DNA of 64,000 nt, taken from an uncultured bacterium (GTDB lineage: Bacteria; Oederibacteriota; Muellerivitia; Muellerivitales; Muellerivitaceae). The translations under genes and the position numbers were made by a program. This document shows positions 28,530 through 37,936 of the stretch, piece by piece. The first letter of the stretch is position 1. Each line of letters begins with the position of its first letter. The stretch is taken from contig CAZGWJ010000002.1 in assembly GCA_964529445.1 (NCBI GenBank), positions 5,182-69,181 on the forward strand. The letters are read 5' to 3'. The notes below the pieces were generated by a model that was not told the origin of the DNA, did not search any database, and worked only from the letters and a program-made list of their open reading frames with translations.

Positions 28530-28997
28530 ATGCTTCACGTTGTTCTTCTCGAACCCGAGATCCCTTTCAATTGCGGCAACATCGGGCGCACCTGCCTCGC
28601 GGCGGGCGCGCGACTGCATCTTGTCGGCCGGTTGGGCTTCCACTTGGACGGGCCCCAGGTGCGCCGTGCCGGGCTCGACTATTGGGAACACGTGGACCCT
28701 GTCCGCCACGTCACGTGGGAGGATTTCCTTACGACCTTGATTCCGGGCGCGAACCTGCATTTCTTCTCGACGAAGGGCGGGCGTGGCCTGTGGGACATCC
28801 CCTTCCGGGACGGGGATTACCTGGTCTTCGGCCGGGAGACGGCGGGGTTCCCCGCCGAGTTCCATGAAAAATATTGTGATAGGATGGTGGCCATCCCCCA
28901 GGTGGAGGGACCGGTCCGGAGCCTGAACCTTTCCACCGCCGCGGGGATCGTCTTGTACGAAGCCGTCCGGCAGGTCCGGAAAGGGGGTTTTTCGTGA
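28530..28997 (+). CDS. trmL: tRNA (cytidine/uridine-2'-O)-methyltransferase TrmL (SpoU family)
   Basis: 155 aa with SPOUT motifs (LLEPEIPFNCGNIGRTC, LVFGRETAG, LNLSTAAGIVLYE). Confidence 0.88.
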   Translation: MLHVVLLEPEIPFNCGNIGRTCLAAGARLHLVGRLGFHLDGPQVRRAGLDYWEHVDPVRHVTWEDFLTTLIPGANLHFFSTKGGRGLWDIPFRDGDYLVFGRETAGFPAEFHEKYCDRMVAIPQVEGPVRSLNLSTAAGIVLYEAVRQVRKGGFS

Positions 28998-29308
28998 ACA
29001 TGTTCCTCAAGCGGGTCGTCGCCTTCCTCATCGATTCCATCGTCCTGGCCGTGGTCGCCATCCCGACCGGCGGCATCGCATTCGTGATCTACGACGTCCT
29101 TCTCCTGGTCCTTTGGAACGGACAGACCATCGGGAAGAAGGTGATGGGCCTTCGGGTCACACCTCAGCCGGACTGGGGCAAGGCGATCGTGAGAAGCCTG
29201 ATGAAGGTCGTCTCCCTGGCCCCCCTGGGCCTGGGATGCCTCTGGATGCTCTGGGATCCGAAGGGAGAGACCTGGCACGACAAGGTCTCCGACACCCGGG
29301 TCCAGTGA
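28994..29308 (+). CDS. RDD-family membrane protein
   Basis: 104 aa with RDD-like TM topology (LKRVVAFLIDSIVLAVV.., WHDKVSDTRV). 4-nt overlap with trmL. Confidence 0.7.
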   Translation: MNMFLKRVVAFLIDSIVLAVVAIPTGGIAFVIYDVLLLVLWNGQTIGKKVMGLRVTPQPDWGKAIVRSLMKVVSLAPLGLGCLWMLWDPKGETWHDKVSDTRVQ

Positions 29309-29330
29309 ACCGCGGAAGGAAAGGGAACCC

Positions 29331-30155
29331 ATGGCGCTGAAGGAGGAGATCGAACGCCAGGGCAACTGGCTTTTCCGCTGGAGGAGCTACCTGCCCCTGC
29401 TCATCCTGCCTTTGGCCTTCTGGGCGGCGGCGGACGCGGGGTTTTCCCGCCAGGAGCCGGGGTCCTGGGATGTCGTCTGTTTCGTCGTCTCCTGCCTCGG
29501 CCTCGCCGTGCGCGTCCTGGTTGCGGGTTTCGTGCCGGCGGGCACTTCGGGCCGCAACGTGGCGAAGCAGGAAGCCTCCCGTCTCAATTCCACGGGCATC
29601 TATTCCACGATGCGTCACCCGCTCTATGTCGGTAACTTCCTCATGGCGCTCGGCGTGGTGTTGTTCCTGCGTTCCCCCTGGTTCACCCTGGTCTTCGCCC
29701 TGGCGTACGGGTTGTACTACGAGCGCATCATGTTCGCGGAGGAGGAGTTCCTTCGTCGCCGGTACCGCGCGGGATACGAGAAATGGGCCGCCCGAACGCC
29801 CGCCGTCATCCCGTCTTTCTCGAGCTTCGCTCCCCTTCTCGCTCCGCACGGTCCTGCGGCGCGAGTATCCGGGCGTGTTCGGACTGGCTTTCGCCTTCAC
29901 CCTGCTCGCCGCCCTGCGCCGCCTTGCCTCCTCCGGGGATCTGGCGCTCCACCCGGGCTGGTGGGTCCTTCTGGCCGCATCGGGCCTTTTCTACGTCATC
30001 ACGAGGGCCCTCAAACACGCCGGTCGCCTTTCCATCCCGGGGCGCTGAGATCAACCCGGTCGGGCCGCTTTCCTCCCGACCGTTCCCGATCCTTTTTTCC
30101 CACCTGCGTCTTTTTTACCCAGGTTGAACGTATCGGTGCCCGGAAAACAACGTGA
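29331..30155 (+). CDS. isoprenylcysteine carboxyl methyltransferase (ICMT/PEMT) family protein; 3' end uncertain (possible frameshift near 29820)
   Basis: ICMT core (STGIYSTMRHPLYVGNFL, EEEFLRRRYRAGYEKWAARTPAVIP) ends around 29820. The remaining ORF is Ala/Arg/Pro-rich junk. The +2 frame (29830-30048) instead encodes a plausible TM segment. Confidence 0.55.
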   Translation: MALKEEIERQGNWLFRWRSYLPLLILPLAFWAAADAGFSRQEPGSWDVVCFVVSCLGLAVRVLVAGFVPAGTSGRNVAKQEASRLNSTGIYSTMRHPLYVGNFLMALGVVLFLRSPWFTLVFALAYGLYYERIMFAEEEFLRRRYRAGYEKWAARTPAVIPSFSSFAPLLAPHGPAARVSGRVRTGFRLHPARRPAPPCLLRGSGAPPGLVGPSGRIGPFLRHHEGPQTRRSPFHPGALRSTRSGRFPPDRSRSFFPTCVFFTQVERIGARKTT

Positions 30156-30248
30156 TTTCGACACGTTGTTTGGCATCCCTCTTGCTTGTATAGGAGCGCA
30201 AGCGGACGCGGTCGAGAAGGACGCAACGCCGCTTGAAAAGAGGATGAC

Positions 30249-30503
30249 ATGAAAAACGACAGCGCCTACCACTTGAGACTTTCCGAGTTCCGCCGGTTCT
30301 CGGAGATCGTCTTCAACCGAACGGGCCAGCGTTTCGACATGAAGCGTTACGACGAGGTGCGGCTTTTCATCGCCGACCGCATGCGGATCTTCCGGATGAC
30401 GGCCTACGAGCAGTACCTGCAGTATCTCGAGGAAGAGGAGCGGGGGCGGGAGATCGAACTCGCCATCGAGCGTCTTTCCAGGGACCGGGTTGCCGTCGCC
30501 TGA
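30249..30503 (+). CDS. stand-alone CheR N-terminal (CheR_N) domain protein
   Basis: 84 aa. LRLSEFRRFSEIVFNRTGQRFDMKRYDEVRLFIADRMRIFRMTAYEQYLQYLEE aligns with the CheR N-domain (LSDAHFRRISQLIYQRAGIVL..KRDMVYNRLVRRLRSLGLTDFGHYLNLLE). Confidence 0.65.
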   Translation: MKNDSAYHLRLSEFRRFSEIVFNRTGQRFDMKRYDEVRLFIADRMRIFRMTAYEQYLQYLEEEERGREIELAIERLSRDRVAVA

Positions 30504-30530
30504 ACCAATCCTCGTGGCGCAAGGGGAAAC

Positions 30531-31025
30531 ATGGGTATGATCGGACCACGCACCGAAGGGACGGGAGCCCTCTCCGAACCCGCCGGAGTCGACAGCCGTG
30601 GACTGCACGGCCTTTTGAACGAGGCCCTGCAGGGTTGGCTGGGCCTGGCGGCCCAGTATTTCTCCGTCCGGGAGGAGGGAGGCGTCGACCTTTCCCTGGA
30701 GCTCCTTCTCCGTTTCGAGGACCCCCAACCCGGCGTCTTGGTCCTGCGCAGCTCTCCGGCCTTCCGCGACGTTCTTCGGGAAGCCGCGGAACGCCGTTCT
30801 CCCGGTTCCACTGGGAACCGCGAGCTCTTCACGGAAGCGGTCGTCCATTTCTACCAGCGGTTCATGTGGGCGGTCCATGAGAGGGACTGCGTCTCCCTGA
30901 AGCCTGCCCGTTTCAAGTCGAGCCGGCCGACCGACTGGCCCCGTCGCGAGCCGGACGCATCCTGCCTTTCCTTCGTCGGCCGTTGCCCGGTGGAGATCCG
31001 TCTTTGGACGGGCGGTCTCTCTTGA
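30531..31025 (+). CDS. hypothetical protein
   Basis: 164-aa ORF between the two CheR_N genes. No recognisable motif. Confidence 0.35.
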   Translation: MGMIGPRTEGTGALSEPAGVDSRGLHGLLNEALQGWLGLAAQYFSVREEGGVDLSLELLLRFEDPQPGVLVLRSSPAFRDVLREAAERRSPGSTGNRELFTEAVVHFYQRFMWAVHERDCVSLKPARFKSSRPTDWPRREPDASCLSFVGRCPVEIRLWTGGLS

Positions 31026-31048
31026 TCGGGGAACTGAGAAAGGAAGCC

Positions 31049-31306
31049 GTGGAAGACGGAATCACCGGCGTTCCATCCGCCAAGATGAGTTTCACCGACC
31101 TGCGTCGACTGACCGATCTCTTGGACGAGAGGACGGGCATGCGTTTCGGCCCCAAAAGGTTCGGGGCCGTGCGGACCTGCGTGGTGCAGAGGATGAAGGC
31201 CCTCGGCATTACGGCTCTGGAGGATTACATCAACCACGCCCTTCATCCGGACCATCCCGAGGAGTTCCGGCAGGTCGCCGATTTGATGGTCGCCGACGGC
31301 GGGTGA
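31049..31306 (+). CDS. stand-alone CheR N-terminal (CheR_N) domain protein, paralog of 30249..30503
   Basis: GTG start after GAAAGGAAG. MSFTDLRRLTDLLDERTGMRFGPKRFGAVRTCVVQRMKALGITALEDYINHAL matches the CheR_N pattern. Confidence 0.55.
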   Translation: MEDGITGVPSAKMSFTDLRRLTDLLDERTGMRFGPKRFGAVRTCVVQRMKALGITALEDYINHALHPDHPEEFRQVADLMVADGG

Positions 31307-31438
31307 CCCCTTATCAACCGCCGCCCGGCAGGCCCGGCCCCGGATCGGGGCCGGGCCTTCTTATTTGAGGGGACGTCTTCTGCACTCGTGTTAGAATAAC
31401 GGTCTTTCGCCGCTCATTCGCTTCTCCCGGAGTCCCCG

Positions 31439-32881
31439 TTGGACCCAATCCCCGAAGACATTGCCTTCGTCACGCTCCCCAAGGTGCTGGCGGAGTTCCA
31501 CCACCTGCCGGAGCACGTGCCGGTTCCCGCGGACCTGGCCCAGGAGGCTCGTGAAAAGGGGTATCCTTTCGCGGCGGGCGTGAAGGCCATGGAAAGGGTG
31601 CTGGCGGAGAATCCTTCCGTTCCAGGCAACTACCTTTTTCGCCTCTTCACGGCCAAGTGGCCGAAATGGAGGGAAGCCGAGGCGATGCTTTCCGCCGGAC
31701 GTCTGGCGGAGGCCATCCATGTCCTGGTGGGCATCCTCGAGACGGATCCGGATTGCCCCCTGACCTGCTTCCAACTGGGATTCTGCTTCCGCGCGACGGG
31801 TGAACTCGAGAAGAGCGAATCCTTCTACAAGAAGGCCTTGACGCTGGCACCCGACGTGGGTTGGATCCATTCGAACCTTGGCCGAACCTACCAGGCGATG
31901 GGCGATACGGAGCGGGCCGCCGGGGCCTATTGGGCGGCCCTTGAACACCTTCCGAACGACCTGTTCGTCATCGAACAACTCGAGGCATTGGGCGAGATCG
32001 TGGCCGTGCCGGATGCCGGGGACAAGCCCGGCGAACGCTCCTTCATGAAACGCGACGATTACCGGACCCTGATCGAGAAGGAGATGTCCGCGACGACGGA
32101 CAGCTCCGGGTTTCTTTCGATCGGACGCCGCGCCTTGAGGGGCCGCCTCTGGGATCCGGCCGTCGCTTGTTTCGAGAAGGTTCGCGAGAAGGCGGCCTCC
32201 CCGCAGGAAACGGACGAGGCGGAATTGGGATTGGGGATCGCCCATCTGCACGCGGGTCGAGCGGAGGAGGCGGAACGTTGGCTCCTGGGTTTCCTGGACC
32301 GTAACCCGGACTCGGCCGTGGCCCACGTGAACCTCTTCAAGGTCTACCTGAGAACGGAGCACGAGGAACTCGCCTGGGAACAGATCCGGGCGGCGGCTTC
32401 ACTGGCTCCCGACGACCTGGATGTCCTCCAGCAGATGTTCCTGTTCTTCGAGAACACCGGACGGGAGGAAGAGGGCCTGGAGGCGCTCCGGGAACTTGCC
32501 CAGGAGGAGCCTCGGGCCGTGGCACCCCTTCTCCTGCAGGCCCAGCATCACGACGCGAAGGGCGATTGGGCCCTGGCCGAGACGCTCCTGAAACAAGCCC
32601 TGAAGCGCTCGCCCGAGAGCGAGTCCGTGCTGGCCTACTATACGGCCGCCTTGGGCCGGCTGGGTCGGGCGAAGGAGGCCGCCGCCCTCTTGGCTCCCTT
32701 GAGGCCCCGATTGACCTTTGTCCTGGCCGTGAACCTCGCAGTGGCCTTGCGGCAATCCGGGAATTCCGCGGAGGCGATGAAGGTCCTTGCGGAATTCAAG
32801 GATCGCCCGAACGCTTCCTCGCTGGACCGCATGAGGGCCGAAGTCTTGATGCTCGAGATCAATAAGGACAAGGCCTCGTGA
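31439..32881 (+). CDS. tetratricopeptide-repeat (TPR) protein
   Basis: 480 aa with multiple TPR units (e.g. FQLGFCFRATGELEKSESFYKKALTLAPD, SNLGRTYQAMGDTERAAGAYWAALEHLPN). Confidence 0.75.
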   Translation: MDPIPEDIAFVTLPKVLAEFHHLPEHVPVPADLAQEAREKGYPFAAGVKAMERVLAENPSVPGNYLFRLFTAKWPKWREAEAMLSAGRLAEAIHVLVGILETDPDCPLTCFQLGFCFRATGELEKSESFYKKALTLAPDVGWIHSNLGRTYQAMGDTERAAGAYWAALEHLPNDLFVIEQLEALGEIVAVPDAGDKPGERSFMKRDDYRTLIEKEMSATTDSSGFLSIGRRALRGRLWDPAVACFEKVREKAASPQETDEAELGLGIAHLHAGRAEEAERWLLGFLDRNPDSAVAHVNLFKVYLRTEHEELAWEQIRAAASLAPDDLDVLQQMFLFFENTGREEEGLEALRELAQEEPRAVAPLLLQAQHHDAKGDWALAETLLKQALKRSPESESVLAYYTAALGRLGRAKEAAALLAPLRPRLTFVLAVNLAVALRQSGNSAEAMKVLAEFKDRPNASSLDRMRAEVLMLEINKDKAS

Positions 32882-32959
32882 TCCAGCACCAGGACATGAG
32901 GGATCAAGGAAATTCGAAACGGATCCTTTCTTCGTGCCTTCGGAGTGGGGGGAAATGAC

Positions 32960-33772
32960 ATGCCGTTATTGATGGAAGCGGTCGTGTTGGGCGTTTTGCA
33001 GGGCTTAACCGAGTTCTGGCCCATCTCATCCTCGGCCCACCTGGCCGTTCTGCCCCAGGTCCTTCATTGGGACAGCGCACTCCTCAATTCCCGCGCCTTC
33101 GACGTGGCCCTGCATGCGGGGACCCTCGGGGCCGTGGTCATCTACTTCCTCGACGACATCCGCGACCTGACTCGCTGTTGGCTGAAAAGCGGCGACAACC
33201 CGGTCCTGCGGGGTAACCGTCGGCTTGGACGCAGGGTATGGTTGGCCACGATCCCGGCTGTCCTGGCCGCCCTGTGGTTCGACCGGTTCGCGGAGGAAAC
33301 GTTCCGTTCCCTTTTCTCCATCGCCATTGCCCTTGTGGCGGGGGGTGTCGTCATGGGAGTGCTGGACCTTCTCCGTCGACAACGGGAGGACCTGGACCGC
33401 ATGACGAATACCCACGCTCTCCTCGTGGGCGTTTTCCAGGCTTTCGCCCTGATCCCGGGTGTGTCCCGCTCGGGCGCGTCCTTGACCGCCCTGAGGGCCT
33501 TCGGTTTCAAGCGTCCCGATGCCGCCCGGTTCGCCTTCCTCATGTCCATTCCCATCATCGCGGGGGCGGTCCTCTACGAGGGTAGGGATATCCTGGGGAC
33601 CCTGTCGGGTAAGGAATGGCCGGTCCTGGTCGCGGGGGTGGCCTCGTCGTTCCTGTCGGGTTGGCTGACCATCCACGTGTTCATGCGGCTCTTGCGGCGC
33701 CACAGCCTCCTGGTCTTCGCGGTCTATCGCGTCGTGCTGGGGGCGGGAATCGGGGTTTGGTTGTATTTTTAG
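32960..33772 (+). CDS. uppP: undecaprenyl-diphosphatase
   Basis: ATG after GGGGGGAA. MPLLMEAVVLGVLQGLTEFWPISSSAHL is the BacA/UppP N-terminal signature. 8 TM segments. Confidence 0.9.
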   Translation: MPLLMEAVVLGVLQGLTEFWPISSSAHLAVLPQVLHWDSALLNSRAFDVALHAGTLGAVVIYFLDDIRDLTRCWLKSGDNPVLRGNRRLGRRVWLATIPAVLAALWFDRFAEETFRSLFSIAIALVAGGVVMGVLDLLRRQREDLDRMTNTHALLVGVFQAFALIPGVSRSGASLTALRAFGFKRPDAARFAFLMSIPIIAGAVLYEGRDILGTLSGKEWPVLVAGVASSFLSGWLTIHVFMRLLRRHSLLVFAVYRVVLGAGIGVWLYF

Positions 33773-33808
33773 AAGGGATGACAGGTTGAAGGCGGTTGGG
33801 GCAACCGT

Positions 33809-34261
33809 TCAGGGACGGGTCGAAAGATCCGACAGGGCCAGGCGGGTCTTTTTCGCGAAAAGGACGAGGATCCCGGGAACAAGCAGGACGAGGTCCCGCC
33901 CGACCGTCCACCAGGTGACCGGCTCCGAATCGAGCATCGAGAAGCAACCGCAGGCCATCGCTACGCCCCTCAACAGGTTGATCCCCAGGCCGAAGGTGTA
34001 GCCCGCCATCAGGGCGCAATACACCAGGGCGGCGCCGCGCCAGCGGAATCCCGAGATGAGCGACAATCCCGTGAAGAATTCCAACCAGGGGATGACCACG
34101 GAGGCCAGGGGCACGAGCGGAGCGGGGAGGATGTGGTAGGCCGCGATGATTTTCGCGAAAGCCACGGCCTCGCCCAGCTTGTCGAGGCTGGCATACACGA
34201 AGACGAAACCGCAGAGGATGCGCGTGAGGGTCAGGGCCCACGTTTTCCAGGAGTCCCTCAT
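33809..34261 (-). CDS. DoxX-family membrane protein
   Basis: 150 aa with 4 TM segments (LTRILCGFVFVYASLDKL). Start overlaps the upstream rhodanese gene stop (ATGA). Confidence 0.75.
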   Translation of the reverse strand: MRDSWKTWALTLTRILCGFVFVYASLDKLGEAVAFAKIIAAYHILPAPLVPLASVVIPWLEFFTGLSLISGFRWRGAALVYCALMAGYTFGLGINLLRGVAMACGCFSMLDSEPVTWWTVGRDLVLLVPGILVLFAKKTRLALSDLSTRP

Positions 34262-34875
34262 GGCGCGTCTCCCGTCGCGACGGGCAGGCCCGCCTTCTTC
34301 CAGGGCAGAAACCCGTCCTCGAAGAGCTTCACGTCCTTGTACCCCATCTCCCTCAACCGCCGCGCGAGCATCACGGAGTCGTCGCAGTCGCCCCCGGAGC
34401 AGTACACGAGGATCTCGGCTCCGGCCGGGAGGAGGGGCAGGGCCCGGGGCGCGGCCCTCTCGAAGTCGTTCACGTCGAAGGAAAGGGCCCCCCGGATGTG
34501 GCCCTCCCGGTAGTCGCGCTCGGGACGGGCGTCCACGAAAAGCACCTTCCCGTAGCGGGATTTGGCCCCCTCCAGGCTCAACCGAAGCAGGTTGTCCTCC
34601 TCGGCCAGGGGACGGGTCATGCGGGTCGGGGCTGACGGCTTGAAACCCGGGTAATCGGCCGGGTGGGCGGGAGTGATGTGTTGGAGAAGGGCCTTGGGAC
34701 GCGGATCCACCTTCAACTCGATGCCATCGGCGTCATAGAGGTTGAAGAGGATCCCGAAGGCCGCCGCAAAGAAGACCCAATCCACGGCCTCGCGCAGGGT
34801 TGAAGTCCATCCCCCGGGGAGGAGCGCGGCACGGGAAATTTCCGGATCACGAGTCTTCTTGCTCATGGAAGCCAT
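34258..34875 (-). CDS. membrane-anchored rhodanese-domain sulfurtransferase
   Basis: Start placed at MASMSKK before a TM helix. The ORF track extends 5' to 34965. Rhodanese motif VLFVDARPERDYREGHIRGA..LVYCSGGDCDDS. Confidence 0.7.
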   Translation of the reverse strand: MASMSKKTRDPEISRAALLPGGWTSTLREAVDWVFFAAAFGILFNLYDADGIELKVDPRPKALLQHITPAHPADYPGFKPSAPTRMTRPLAEEDNLLRLSLEGAKSRYGKVLFVDARPERDYREGHIRGALSFDVNDFERAAPRALPLLPAGAEILVYCSGGDCDDSVMLARRLREMGYKDVKLFEDGFLPWKKAGLPVATGDAP

Positions 34876-35007
34876 TGTATCGGCCGCGATGCATATTGCA
34901 AGCCGGGAGCCTTCCTTCGTTGCGAGGGTTCCCGTCGTCTCAGGTTCCGGGACTCCGTGATACAATGGCCTTCCGTTCGTTCCCCAAGTCTGTTCCTAGG
35001 GATCCTC

Positions 35008-37038
35008 ATGGCGCGCGTATCGGTGCAGGAAGGCCGGGGTCTTCTCCTCGGCGACTCCCCCATCCCCCTGGTCAGCGGGACCCTCCATTATTGGCGCCAT
35101 CCTCCCGCCGATTGGCCGCGGCTCCTCAAGGCCGTGAAGGGCCTGGGATACCCGATTGTCGAAACCTACATCCCCTGGGGCGTGCACGAGGCAGGGAGGC
35201 GTTCCTTCGATTTCGGGGGACTGGATCCCTCCCGGAATCTCGAGGCGTTCATTGCCGCCGTGAAGAAGTCGGGGCTGAAACTGATCGTGCGCCCTGGTCC
35301 CCACATCAACGCGGAACTCACGGATTTCGGCTATCCCCGCCGCATCGTCGCCGACCCGGAAATCATTGCCCGCGAGGCCCACGGCGGTTCGGCCGTCTAT
35401 GGGGAGGGACCCCGGCCTTTCGGCCTTCCCAGCTATGCGTCGGAGAAGTTTTACGCGGAGGTCGCGTTTTGGTTCGACGCCCTGGCGCCCATCCTGCGCC
35501 GACATCTCCATCCGGAGGGGCCCATCGTGGCCGTCCAGGTGGACAACGAGACCGGGTATTTCTTCCGGACCGGCGCCTACGCGATGGATTACCACCCTGA
35601 TTCCATTCGATGGTACCGCCGGTTCCTGGAAGGAAGATACGGGGACGTGAAGGCGCTCAACGCGACCTACGGCACCGATCACCCCGACTTCTCCTGCGTG
35701 GAACCGCCCCGACGATATCGGGGCAGGGATCTGGCGGATCTGCCGTACTACCTGGATTGGCAGATCTACAAGGAGTGGCAGATCCTCGAATGCCTGAAAC
35801 GACTGAAAGGGATGTGGATCGAGCGGGGCGTGATGGGCGTGCCCTTCACCCAGAACTATTTCGGATCCACCTCGACTCCCTATGACGTGATCGGGACGGA
35901 AGAGGACGGGTCGGGGTTGGATGTGGCGGGACTGGACGACTACTCGCGGCGGGAATCCTACCGGGACCTGGCGTGGAAATGCCTCTACCTCTCCGGATCC
36001 TCGCGTCTTCCCTATATTCCCGAGTTCGGCGCGGGGAGCTGGGCGTTCCCCCCCTGTTCCTTCCACATGGACGAGCGGGACACGGCGTTCACCGCGCCCC
36101 TGCTCTTCATGTTCGGTCTCAAGGCCGTGAACCATTACATGCTGGTCGAGCGCGACCGCTGGATGGGAAGCCCCCTGTCGGCGCGGGGCGAGGCGAGAAA
36201 ACCGCTCGCGGCAATCCATCGGGACCTCAACGCGTTCTTGAAGACCTCCCGCATCCTGGAGGCGGACCTGCAGGCCGACCTCCTGGTGCTGGCCTCCCGC
36301 GACGCGGAACGCCTCGGCAAGGTCCTCGTCTTCGCCGACGATCATCCCTGCCTGCCCTGGCCCGCCGAGGCGGGCCGGGCCGATGCGCCACCCCCCTTCA
36401 CCGTACCGCCCCACCAGGACCACGCCTCCCGGCTGAGGCGTTGGTTCGATTGGGTGCTGGATCGGCGCCTGCCCATGAAAACTTCTGACACGAACCTGCC
36501 CGAGGCGAAGTGGCGCGGGTACAAGGCCGTCGTCTTGCCGACCTACGAACTCATGGGCGCCGAGGCACAGGAGGCCCTGCGATGCTATGTGATGGAGGGA
36601 GGATCAGCCCTCCTGGGCCCCTCGCTTCCCGGCGCGGACGAACGAGGCCGGCCACTTTCGGTGTTTCCGGTTTACCATCTCGGGAAGCCGATGGCCGTCG
36701 GGAAAGGCCGAATCCTCGTGCTCGAGGAATGGGATGAGGCCGCCGCGTTCGATTTCCTGGCCGCCGCGGGCGTGACCCCGATCCTCCCGGATATTCCAAC
36801 GGGGATTCTCGCAACCCGGTTCACGGCACCCGGTCGTGTCATTCATTTCCTGGCGAATCCCTCGGACGGGGAGCGCGTCCTTCCGCGATTTGGCCCGAGG
36901 GGCGGTGTGGACTGGAACCCGCTTTGGGGCGCCGGGAAGCCATGGAAGGCGGGGAAGGAATGGACCCTCGCTCCCTGGAGCGTCGCGTGTTTCGAGAGTC
37001 CGTCCGAAATGCCCGGATCGGAGGCAACCGGGGAATGA
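35008..37038 (+). CDS. GH35-family beta-galactosidase
   Basis: Start placed at MARVSVQ. The ORF track starts at 34957. LHYWRHPPADWPRLLKAVKGLGYPIVETYIPWGVHE..RPGPHINAELTDFGYP closely matches the GH35 N-terminal catalytic domain. No signal peptide. Confidence 0.75.
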   Translation: MARVSVQEGRGLLLGDSPIPLVSGTLHYWRHPPADWPRLLKAVKGLGYPIVETYIPWGVHEAGRRSFDFGGLDPSRNLEAFIAAVKKSGLKLIVRPGPHINAELTDFGYPRRIVADPEIIAREAHGGSAVYGEGPRPFGLPSYASEKFYAEVAFWFDALAPILRRHLHPEGPIVAVQVDNETGYFFRTGAYAMDYHPDSIRWYRRFLEGRYGDVKALNATYGTDHPDFSCVEPPRRYRGRDLADLPYYLDWQIYKEWQILECLKRLKGMWIERGVMGVPFTQNYFGSTSTPYDVIGTEEDGSGLDVAGLDDYSRRESYRDLAWKCLYLSGSSRLPYIPEFGAGSWAFPPCSFHMDERDTAFTAPLLFMFGLKAVNHYMLVERDRWMGSPLSARGEARKPLAAIHRDLNAFLKTSRILEADLQADLLVLASRDAERLGKVLVFADDHPCLPWPAEAGRADAPPPFTVPPHQDHASRLRRWFDWVLDRRLPMKTSDTNLPEAKWRGYKAVVLPTYELMGAEAQEALRCYVMEGGSALLGPSLPGADERGRPLSVFPVYHLGKPMAVGKGRILVLEEWDEAAAFDFLAAAGVTPILPDIPTGILATRFTAPGRVIHFLANPSDGERVLPRFGPRGGVDWNPLWGAGKPWKAGKEWTLAPWSVACFESPSEMPGSEATGE

Positions 37039-37069
37039 ATTTGACCATGGATACCCTCTTCGCGCCTTC

Positions 37070-37843
37070 ATGTTTTCGTGGTTCAACCGGGGGCTTGTCG
37101 TGATCCGGCCCGACGTCCGGTTCGAGAACCTGAACCCCGTTCATGCACGGCGACTGATCGACGCCGCGAATCTCGCTCGGCCGCATCGAACGACCCTCTG
37201 GGTGCTCCACGATTCAGGCCGCGCACTCCGGATGTGGCACGACGAGAGAGGCGCGATCCCGCTCCCAAAAACCACCATCGAGCCCTCCCTGGAACTGGCC
37301 GCGCGCTGGTCCGCGGAGTACGAGGCCGCCGACGTGCGCATCGTTGATTTGACCGCCCGCGAAAGATTTCTTCGATGGGCACAGGATCCGTCCTGGGTGC
37401 TCGAACACGACGGAATGGGATATGCCTTCGAGGTGTACGAGGGTTTCTGGCGGCAGGACGAAGGTCTCATCGTGTATCCGCGTCGCGAGGCAATGGACCG
37501 GTTCGTGCCCGTCCCCCGCGCGCGCGAATTCCTGTCGAGGAGGATCGATCGCGGTGGCGCGTTCCTCCTCGGCATCACGGAAGGGAAGGGGTGGTGGGCC
37601 TCGCTGATCATCCTTCTTGAGAACGGCGAGGTGGCGCGGGTTTCCACCTTCGACGACCTGCCGGAGGGCCTGCGGAAGGGGCCCACAGCGGAGGATCCAG
37701 GAAAAACACTTGCCCGGGAAGCCGCCCGGCATTACCGGCGGAAGGCGACGGTCTTGCTTCTCCCGCGCGAGGATTTCGAGGAGGCGGCCCGACGCTCGTG
37801 GAGCGGCCTGGGAGGGCGCGAACTCCCCACCGCCGACCCCTGA
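37070..37843 (+). CDS. hypothetical protein
   Basis: Internal start MFSWFNRG after the GH35 stop. The ORF track extends 5' to 36836, overlapping GH35. No recognisable domain. Confidence 0.4.
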   Translation: MFSWFNRGLVVIRPDVRFENLNPVHARRLIDAANLARPHRTTLWVLHDSGRALRMWHDERGAIPLPKTTIEPSLELAARWSAEYEAADVRIVDLTARERFLRWAQDPSWVLEHDGMGYAFEVYEGFWRQDEGLIVYPRREAMDRFVPVPRAREFLSRRIDRGGAFLLGITEGKGWWASLIILLENGEVARVSTFDDLPEGLRKGPTAEDPGKTLAREAARHYRRKATVLLLPREDFEEAARRSWSGLGGRELPTADP

Positions 37844-37936
37844 ACGGGGCTAAAGACGCGAGAAATAGTCCTTCTTTCGGCGTGGCTTTCAACCGGTCGG
37901 GCGATACAATGGCCCTTCCACGGAGGGCACCGGAAA

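Noticed and set aside
30051-30878. 275-aa minus-strand ORF opposite the CheR_N cluster.
   Set aside because: No motifs. It overlaps three co-oriented plus-strand genes, one of which has clear CheR_N homology. Likely a shadow ORF.
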